A stretch of DNA of 7,111 bases from Ascoidea asiatica JCM 7603 (GCA_001600695.1 BCKQ01000010.1:596201-603311); one strand, 5' to 3'; positions 1 through 7,111 are shown, counted from the stretch's first letter. Numbers and translations: made by a program. Notes: generated by a model not told the origin, from the letters alone.

Positions 1-189
1 TTTAACATATTCATTTTCCAAACACTTCTATGAGGTAACATGGAAACTGTCTAGTAGGACTTTTTGTTTACCTTTTACTTGTCAAATTATTTCTACATTA
101 AATATTTTTAAATTACTTTTGTTCTTTTTTTTCCCTTTTTATCAGAATTTTTTTAGTCTTTTACAAATTATCTACTCGTAACCCTGGTT

Positions 190-398
190 AAAATTGGTAT
201 TAAATTCTTTAACATTGGTATCAAATACTTTAATATTATTATCCAACTGTTTCTATATGAATATAAGAAAGTTAACACTCGTATTAAAATCTATAACATT
301 GGTATCAAATACTTTAACATTGGTATCGAATTGTTTTTATATATGTATCAGAAATTTTTAATTGGTATCAAACACTTAATATTAGTATCAAAAACTAT
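190..398. repeat. Degenerate 21-bp tandem repeat (consensus AACATTGGTATCAAATACTTT) with an 84-bp higher-order period
   Basis: Identical copies at 211-231 and 295-315. Variants in exact 21-bp register start at 190, 232, 253, 274 and 316, followed by 20-22 bp units to ~398. Block 232-315 aligns with 316-398. Confidence 0.85.
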
Positions 399-526
399 CA
401 TATTACATTGTCCCATAAATAGGGCCTCCATTTGGTATGATCATATTTTTCCTCTATTTGAGCAACAATATTTCTTTTTTTTCTCTTCGAACATAATTTA
501 TTTTCGACATCAAATCAATTTACAAT

Positions 527-1530
527 ATGACTTCATTATCTACATCAAAGTCGGAAACAATTAGCAAAATCAACTATAAGGTTAAAATATATAAGTTGCC
601 TATTCTTGAATTTTGTTTCCTTAACAATAAAACATCATTTTGTATTGACATGCAATCAGACAGTCAAGTTCATTTTAAATTGGCAAGGGTTATATCCGAA
701 ATCATGATGACCAGTGCCAATCATTTCCCAATATCAGTATAGTTTACGAAAGCTGATTTTTTTATTTCATACATTAATAATAAACTTTATTATCTAGGTA
801 CGAGCACCACCCTTTTACTCTCTGCCCTCATGGTTGTCCAAAAGATAGTCCGTTAAGTTATGGCATAGGCTATCAAATATCCGCTTTTCTTTAATGCCAC
901 AAAAAAATGGCTTTTTCAAAATATTCTTCGTCTGTTCAATATATTATAATTGTACATTCCATTTTGTTTAGGGAAAAGGCTAGATGTATCTGTTATTAAC
1001 ACGATATCTCCCAAAACATTTGTGATCTAGTATTACATCCCCTCAAATACTCCACGGAACATCGTTACTTAATTGAGGATGTTATGCAACATCAGTTGAC
1101 TATTACGAGTATGCAACAAGACATTGAGAGTATTAAGGTTGTTGTTGAACAAGGTGTGACAGCGGAATTCTGTAACAAAATACTTTCAGGCAATCCAACT
1201 CAATTAAACGGCTTAATAAAATTACAAAAATTCCATTTTTACTTACATACGGATGGTACCGTTTGTTATCACATGGTTAAAAAGGATATTGGAAAATTGG
1301 TAATTAATGCAGAAACCTATAACCAATCCGTTCTACATCTAATGGAAGTTGACTCTAATCAAAATACCATCCCGAAGGATCATCTCTGGCGTATAATGAA
1401 ACGTAAGTATTTTAATTTTACAAAAGCTGCCTTCGATTGTTTATATACAGAATTTAATAATTTTACTGCCATATCTAGTGATTCAAGTGGTTCTGGTGAT
1501 GTTGAATTCATTGGGTTTTCTACGTCTTAA
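527..1530 (+). pseudogene. Orphan protein-coding gene, probably disrupted; the intact 3' part is ORF 1084-1530 (148 aa)
   Basis: The frame of ORF 1084-1530 extends upstream to 799 as YEHHPFTLCPHGCPKDSPLSYGIGYQISAFL*CHKKMAFSKY...RCICY*HDISQNICDLVLHPLKYSTEHRYLIEDVMQHQ, broken only by TAA at 892-894 and 997-999. There is a candidate GT..AG intron at 737-797 and a candidate upstream exon from ATG 527. A T-rich 3' flank follows 1530. The 5' structure is uncertain and no family is recognised. Confidence 0.55.
737..797 (+). other. Candidate 61-nt spliceosomal intron
   Basis: GTATAG donor at 737, very AT-rich interior, ...TTATCTAG acceptor ending at 797. Composition shifts to coding-like sequence right after it. 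Confidence 0.45.
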
Positions 1531-1739
1531 GTATATTTTTTTTACTATAAATGAACTCGCTTTTTATTTATTTTTATCAATTTATTTCAATCTTTTTAAA
1601 TTATCAACTTTTTGCATTATTTTTTTACAATTAACATAATTCTATAGTTTGTCCAATAATCAATATTAAAATATTGGTTATTGCATTTTTAATATATTAT
1701 TATTTTCATAAATTTTTACTTACTTTAAATTAATTTTTT

Positions 1740-2249
1740 TTACTGCTCACTTTTAGAAGCAGCTTTCAGTTGAACCATTCACTCAAATGGTTTTACAACG
1801 GAAGTTTTGTAATAATGATGTTTTGACCTTCTTTGTGTTGTTTCAATTTCTGCCATGTTGGTATCCTGGATTAGGGTTTCACCTGTTTTTGGCTTCGAAG
1901 ATTTTTTTTCAGGATTTAACATCTGACTGACAGTTAATGGTTTTCTTGGCCTATTGGACTTTGGGTTTAGATTTTGAGCCGCTTTTGTCTTTTGTATGGC
2001 TTTTACCTTGAATGGTTCGACAATTGTTTCGGCAACATTATTAATAAGTAAATATTCTGAGCTTAGAGTCATATAGTGACTGAATTCATCACCTGAAGCA
2101 TTATAATTAACGTCTTCCTCATCACTTACATTAGTGTGCTCTTGAGAGAGTCTTAATAAGTTAATATTGGCTTTATTCTCTTTTTGTTTTTCTTTTTCAT
2201 AATACTGTTGAATATAAGTAGATTTGTTATTGGTGAAAATAATAGAGAT
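1740..2249 (-). pseudogene. Orphan Lys/Ser/Thr-rich, probably disordered protein (contains ORF 1779-2072); likely frameshifted and nonsense-disrupted
   Basis: The frame is open from 2249 to 1782 (…EKEKQKENKANINLLRLSQEHTNVSDEEDVNYNASGDEFSHYMTLSSEY…KPFE). TGA at 1779-1781 is followed by MVQLKAASKSEQ-TAA (1740-1742) and then an A/T-rich flank. An ATG at 2200-2198 (MKKKNKK) is out of frame by one base across an A-run. A TATA-like element lies at 2251-2257. Confidence 0.5.
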
Positions 2250-2250
2250 C

Positions 2251-2257
2251 TATATAA
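2251..2257. promoter_or_regulatory. TATA-like element (TATATAA)
   Basis: Lies about 50 bp upstream of the minus-strand ATG at 2200. It reads as TATA-like on both strands. Confidence 0.35.
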
Positions 2258-2280
2258 GCCAGGGCATATATTGGTACTAA

Positions 2281-2542
2281 CACCATAGGTGGTGAAGGTC
2301 TAAAAGACACGTATCTATAGTAAATGTAAAAGAATTATGTATTATACAATAAGGTGTGTACACCATGTATAATTATGCATAGAGATGCATAATTAGGCAT
2401 AAATATACATATTGTTGCATAAAGTTGCATGAAGAATACATTAATTTACATGACCTTTCATGAGTCTGTGAACAGGTACACAGAGAGTCGGATATCATGT
2501 GATATTCTAGTCACATGTCATAGGTCATGTGTGCTTACGTCA
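2281..2542. promoter_or_regulatory. Inverted-repeat-rich segment with E-box-like and CRE-like motifs
   Basis: Perfect inverted repeats: CACCA/TGGTG 2281-2294, ATTATACA/TGTATAAT 2341-2373, AATTATGCAT/ATGCATAATT 2371-2394, ACATGACCT/AGGTCATGT 2448-2530 and TCTGTG/CACAGA 2465-2484. Motifs: TCATGTGA 2495, TCACATG 2511, TCATGTG 2525 and TTACGTCA 2535-2542. Confidence 0.4.
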
Positions 2543-2568
2543 GGTATAGCGTACAAAGTAGAAAAGAC

Positions 2569-2920
2569 CTTGAGATTGGTACGAGCCATAGTCGTACAAC
2601 CTTTAAGAGCATATTAAAGCTAAGCCACTCGGTACGAGGAGAATTAAAGAGGAGTTAGGATTTAGCGTCTATCCGGATAGAAGTTAAATCCGAAAGGTCA
2701 ATCCGATCCAGGTAGGGACGCCTTCTGGGTGGCTGGATTGGCTAAGCCTAGTTTTATGTGAGATAAGGTACAATTCTCACTGCGTATACCGCATTGTCTC
2801 GGAGTAAACAGGAGACTAGTGGAGATACTCCCGTAAGGGATCTATTCTGAGTACGGCTTTGGGATTAAAGATTATTCCCAGCAATTAGTGCGATTGTCTA
2901 CCCCACTGGAAAGTGGGCTG
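2569..2920 (+). ncRNA. Candidate large structured RNA of unknown family
   Basis: About ten helices found by eye, including GGATTTAGC/GTTAAATCC 2658-2691, GGTCAATCC/GGATTGGCT 2696-2743, CCC-GTAA-GGG 2830-2839 and CCCACT-GGAA-AGTGGG 2902-2917. Long-range helices: 2622-2632/2847-2859 and 2639-2645/2772-2778. G-U pairs work on the + strand. No credible ORF. Confidence 0.55.
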
Positions 2921-3043
2921 GTTGGTTTTACTATGGTAAAATTGAAATGTGAATTTCAATTGATTTCTAATCAAGTTTTCAACCCTTTTTACAAGGTAAA
3001 CTTGATTCCCACCCTGATTCTACGAAGGAATCCTGGGACTTTT

Positions 3044-3108
3044 GGAAATTCCCGAGAATTCTCGATAGTTCTGCGGGACCCCGTAGGAATACTGAATTAA
3101 TATAAAAG
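3044..3108 (+). promoter_or_regulatory. Heat-shock-element-like array followed by a TATA box
   Basis: TTC at 3049, 3059 and 3069 (TTC-N7-TTC-N7-TTC, the step-type HSE pattern defined in yeast). Palindrome CGAGAATTCTCG at 3053-3064. TATAAAAG at 3101-3108. Confidence 0.3.
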
Positions 3109-3125
3109 GAATTTCCTCTTATTTT

Positions 3126-4028
3126 TTAATATAATTTATTTAGTTTTCTTTGTAGATCATCGATTAGCACGAGTTAATTGATTAATACATAGTTTGTAAG
3201 TACGTAAATTTTTATATATTCGATTTTGTAAAATGAATGAAAATTCACAACAATTTGTTCAATGGCACTAGCTAGGTCGCCGTTGATAATATCACCTTTG
3301 GTTAGCGGAATATGGTCAGTGTTAATGCTAAATTCATTTTTCCAATAGGATTTTTGTGTATCAGATTTGCTCGGGGCAAAATTATTACCATATTTAGGTA
3401 GAACTGCAGGTAGTGAAACAGCCATGGCTGGTGGGTCATAGTGTATATCAACATTATCAGCACCAGGAATACCAAACAAATAACCAACTGCATTTATTGA
3501 AGATTTCAATTTTGTCCAATTCTGTAAAGGAGATTAATCTCCATAACCTTATCTATAATGTTGCAACTCTGGATCAGCAGCATTCACAGTACGCATGGTA
3601 AGTGAAAAGTGTTTGCATAAAAATTTAAGGAGGTGGATAAAAGACACATTTTTATTTTTCTTAATAGCATATGTCACTTGGGTGAGAATATTATCTAGTG
3701 TATCAGCATCTTTTTCTGGAGACTCGCTTAAGATTTTTTCTAGTTCTTGAGATAAAGAATACAATGCTTTCACATATCTATCATAAGCATTATTAATGAA
3801 CGACCAATCAATATTTTCCATGGAGTCTAATGATTCAAACTCATCGATAAACAACATTACTTTTCTTTGAACAGGAGCACAAACATATTTTAAATCTGCT
3901 AAGTATGCTAACCACATGTTAGAAGTAATAGTTGGAGTTAAAGTAGCAACATTTTTGATTGATTTAACAAACTTTCCTCCTTCAGTTGTAACATGAATAG
4001 GACTAATTTGTTGCTTTTTAATTTCCAT
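3126..4028 (-). pseudogene. Orphan ~300-codon gene split by in-frame TAA codons (joins ORFs 3549-4028 and 3174-3509)
   Basis: Both ORFs are in the same frame. The junction reads ELQHYR*GYGD*SPLQNWTKLKSSINAVG (TAA at 3549-3551 and 3534-3536). After TAA 3174-3176 the frame continues LVLIDDLQRKLNKLY* to 3126. Amino-acid composition is globular-protein-like. No family recognised. Confidence 0.7.
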
Positions 4029-4112
4029 ATTTTGAAAACAGTTTTAATTTGGTAAAGGAAACTTATGTAAAATGAAATAAAAATTAAGGAAATAAAATTT
4101 CATAATAAAATG

Positions 4113-4138
4113 TTTTTTTTCTTTTTTTTTTTTTTTTT
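4113..4138. repeat. Poly-T tract (T8-C-T17)
   Basis: Seen directly, about 85 bp upstream of the minus-strand ATG at 4028. Confidence 0.9.
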
Positions 4139-4714
4139 GACTATTATGGCTATTGATGAATAAATAGATAGCAAACGACCAACAAGTAACAGTTGTTACA
4201 TTAGCTAAATTAATCCACAATGTGCGCGTACGACCTCCAAACTTGTGAGACTTGATGACTAAGCCTACACCCAACTGATCTTTTGAAAAAAAAAGTATGC
4301 AGAAGATAAACTAATAAAAGTAAAATGCAATATAAATAAAAGGCTTATACTCAAAAAATAAGTATAAACAAAAACATATAATACATATAGTGAATATAAA
4401 AAATTTGAATAAAAAACAATAATTTAAAATGTTTAGTACTAAAAACAAATGGGGGTAACTTTAAGAAAATTCTTAATAAGGTAATATATATATAATTGAT
4501 AAGTGAAGGAAAATATTACTATCTTATGTAGTAACCAAAAATTCGATAATTAAAATAAATAAAAAAAACAAATAAATTCAACAATTCTTAGCATATAAAT
4601 AGTAAACAGGATTTTGTGAATTTGCAAAAATAATAATAAAAAATATTATTGAAAAATAAACGTGGATAAAAATTTAAATAGTAAAAAAGTTATTGAAATT
4701 TGTTGAAAAAGTAA

Positions 4715-4958
4715 ACCTTTGTTATCGGGATTTTGGGGTGCATGAAATTTGCTTTCATGCAAAAAATCTCTCTTAACCGCAATTAAAAAAGGACCAATTT
4801 TATGGTTATGAGGGGTGTCTTGACTATGTAGAACCCTTCTAACCCGGATAAATTTGATAGTTTTGAGAACAAAATGCGGTTAAAACAGGTGGGGCCGGAT
4901 ACGGGAGGTGCTTATCCTGCATGATATTTGATTTTTCAGGATAATTGGTAATCGGGGT
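4715..4958 (+). ncRNA. Second candidate structured RNA or fold-back element (~245 nt)
   Basis: TGCATGAAA/TTTCATGCA 4739-4761 extended by GGGATTTT/AAAATCTC. TTAACCGCA 4773-4781 / TGCGGTTAA 4875-4883 encloses hairpins 4792-4807 and 4810-4839. TTATCCTG/CAGGATAA 4912-4944. The ends close through 4715-4726/4947-4958. It is a GC island in extremely AT-rich flanks. Confidence 0.45.
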
Positions 4959-6069
4959 AAAAATTGTAATAAATTTTATTGGTTCAATTTTTTATTTATA
5001 ACTTTTTTATGTTATGATGAAATTTCACATGACTACTGCTTACCCACAAATTTGGTTTCAGGATATTTTGAATAAAGTTGAAGTTGATAATTAATTTTAA
5101 TATTATAATTGAAATGAAATCTAAAAAAATTGCACAAGTGATGAAAATATTGTAGTTCCATAAAATTGGTCTTCTTAGTAGCAAAGTAATAGTAGGGAAA
5201 ATATAAAAAAAATTGAAAATAAAGATGTTTGTGAACATAAATGAAAACCTAAAACCATTATGATGGTACTTAATTAATAAGTTTGAATGGTTTTAGCTGG
5301 AAGGAGCTCGCTTCCTTACACGGGACTTCAACGGAAGGTTTTATAGCTTTAGAGGGCCCAACTTTAGACAAATCCCAATACGGTAACTCAAAATTTCCCA
5401 AAACTCCATTTTAACATAATAAAGTTATGGTTTTGGAAAAGATGCCTTTAATCACAGCTGTACGAGTTTGCGTTTTCATTTGCTGAAAAAGTTAGGTTTC
5501 CTGAGAGAGTTACGTTGGAACAAAAAAGTTACGTTTTGAAAATGAAAAACGTTACTATTGAGGAAGAAGACAAAAATCGTAACCGACTTTTTTTTTCAAA
5601 TGCATTTGTGTCTTTTGGTTTTTCTTCTGTTGTTGCTGCATTTGATGCCCTTTTACAAAAAGCTTTAATTTAAGAAATATTACAATTGGCAGTTTCCCAT
5701 TTCTTATTTCCCCATTTTAATGCATTTTTTTATTTAGAAAGAGACTGCTTTTCAGGATTTTATGAGAAGAACTTAAAGCATTTGGTAGAAAGCTCCTAAT
5801 AAAAATACGACTATAAAAAGTCATTAATTGTAACCTTTGTTTTCTACCAGTTACTCTGATTTTTGTAAATGTAGTTTTGTTTTTGAATTTTTGAATGTCA
5901 TTAGAATATTCTTGGGATATTTGTATCATTGTTGCAAACATGCATGTGACTTTGCCATTGACAATTTCTCACCGTTGATATATCAAGGAGTGTTATTTAG
6001 ATTTTGGTTAGTGACTACAAACGTTGTCAAAAACAGAAATAATTATGGTCTTTACCGGAGACCCTCTAT

Positions 6070-6119
6070 AAACTGAACGCGGGAATGTTGGAGCAGATGA
6101 AACTGAACGCCGGAATGTT
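6070..6119. repeat. Two 20-bp direct repeats AAACTGAACGC(G/C)GGAATGTT, 30-bp period
   Basis: 6070-6089 and 6100-6119 differ at one position. A partial inverted copy AACATCCCGC lies at 6264-6273. Confidence 0.85.
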
Positions 6120-6841
6120 TTTTTGTTTGATGAAACACAACTAGTGTACAGACCCGAACTTTATAACTCGGGGTCCCAGTAGAGACCCAATTTTCTCAAT
6201 TTTGCCTTAAGCGGTCCTTCTTTTTGACAGGACAGTTTTTCTAGCCCGAAACTACTTTTCGGGAACATCCCGCAACCTGTGGAACCGGGAGTATCCAACT
6301 AAATATTCACATGTCAGATGTGACTTCAATAGCCCGAAAACTTTAAAAACGCCAAGATGTGACATTCTGAATTTGCTTTTACATTTTCATGCAAACGATT
6401 CCTCTCCCAACTCAATAGCTAAACTAAACCCACTCTCCAACCACGTAATTAATTAGGACTACCACGCCACACTGTGGCCAACGTAATTTAGCTGGACACA
6501 TGCTCCGTGGAACCTGGACTTCATTGCGAAAAGTCAACCCTAAAGAATTCGGAATATTATTTAAACGGTAATTGAAAAGAAAATATTGTCTTTAGATTCT
6601 ATTGATCAATTATCTCAATTTAATGAAGAATTATATAAAGTCATTGATGGTGAAGATGAAAATATTTAATTGCCACTTCTTAGCAACCAATTTGGGCTTA
6701 TCATGTTGGTCAGTGGTTTGAAAGTGTTAAAATCACCCTAGTAAAGCCCTTCGTTTTATGGGATTTTCTTTTTTTTTGTTTCCGTTTATTTTCGTGTCCG
6801 TTGATTGTTAATCATCTTATTCTTTTATTAGAATTGTCTTC

Positions 6842-7052
6842 GAATATTCTAGGCTATTCTTAGACTTTCTAAGATTGCATAGATTGTTCTAGGACTACAT
6901 TCTATTGCGTTCTCAGAACTTCCGTGTGCATGTTAAATGTACTAGAAGGTTCTGGGTCTGCATTATTTATTCATTATTCGAAGTTCTGTGTGCATCTCGA
7001 ATGTACTGGAATCTTTGTGTTTGTTCTTAGAATGACGTAGTGTCTTCTAGAA
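6842..7052. repeat. 10-bp-periodic TTC (HSE-like) array plus a 32-bp imperfect direct repeat
   Basis: TTC at 6847, 6857, 6867 and 6887, then at 6900, 6910 and 6920. 6916-6947 vs 6980-7011 match at 26/32 positions. TTCTAGAA lies near 7045-7052. Confidence 0.6.
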
Positions 7053-7111
7053 CAATACTTTATTCTATTTCTTTTCTTAAGTATGGGAAGTGAACTTTCA
7101 CATACTAAATT

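Noticed and set aside
211-370. TGGTATCA in the repeats resembles the tRNA-iMet primer-binding site of plant LTR elements; the array might also be taken for CRISPR
   Set aside because: Only 8 nt match TGGTATCAGAGC, and the word is part of a tandem unit. There are no unique spacers and no cas genes.
331-564. 77-aa ORF
   Set aside because: TTG start, overlaps the tandem repeat and T-rich tracts, and has the F/I/Y-rich composition typical of spurious AT-rich ORFs.
2630-2900. Group I intron interpretation (GAGACTA at 2812 like the R element; TAAGGTAC-AATTC like the S element)
   Set aside because: There is no downstream TAGTC partner for GACTA. The alternative P7 is out of register, and no P3/P8 or P4-P6 core could be built.
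2888-2920. GTGCG (group II intron 5' end) and CTACCCCACT-GGAA-AGTGGGCT (resembles IS200/IS605 or HEARO end hairpins)
   Set aside because: No domain V downstream and no TnpA/TnpB/IscB/Fanzor ORF in the window. The similarity is too short to call.
2429-3100. ORFs 2429-2617 and 2888-3100
   Set aside because: Short, no recognisable motifs, and they overlap palindromic, structured or regulatory sequence.
2250-3110. Solo LTR
   Set aside because: No convincing TG..CA termini with a target-site duplication were identified, and there is no second copy in the window. It remains testable by a genome-wide search.
3302-3601. ORFs 3302-3493 (-) and 3413-3601 (+)
   Set aside because: Alternative-frame or antisense shadows of the 3126-4028 gene.
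4151-4281. Box C/D snoRNA (TGATGA at 4154 and 4253, CTGA at 4276)
   Set aside because: No terminal stem, and I could not match the putative guides to a conserved rRNA sequence. A snoscan run would settle it.
4830-4920. Telomerase template-like AACCCTTCTAACCC, group II domain V-like GGCCGGATACG…TATCCTGC, and RNase P CR-V-like words
   Set aside because: Each match is partial: no full CTAACCCTAA, a wrong triad and too short an upper stem for domain V, and a helix order that does not fit RNase P/MRP.
4044-5238. ORFs 4044-4274 and 4996-5238
   Set aside because: Low-complexity translations of poly-A and AT-rich spacer DNA.
5717-6076. Overlapping ORFs 5717-5941 (-) and 5837-6076 (+)
   Set aside because: Short and mutually overlapping, and no extended frame could be reconstructed. 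A heavily decayed minus-strand gene cannot be excluded.

Overview
AT-rich window with long poly-T/A tracts, TATA-like boxes and a probable short GT-AG intron. This looks like eukaryotic nuclear DNA, possibly fungal (inference from composition only). I recognise no known gene family, rRNA, tRNA, CRISPR array or transposase. The coding content is three orphan reading frames that continue in protein-like sequence through in-frame stops and are probably decaying pseudogenes: ~527-1530 (+), 1740-2249 (-) and 3126-4028 (-). There is also a 21-bp tandem repeat with an 84-bp higher-order period at 190-398. The most unusual content is non-coding: several GC-enriched islands that fold by eye into nested multi-branch structures with G-U pairs on the + strand. 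The best is a ~350-nt candidate structured RNA at 2569-2920 (GNRA-capped hairpins, long-range closing helices, CpG retained). Others lie at 4715-4958, 5282-5436 and 6047-6340. None matches an RNA family I can name. All folds were done by eye and need computational confirmation.
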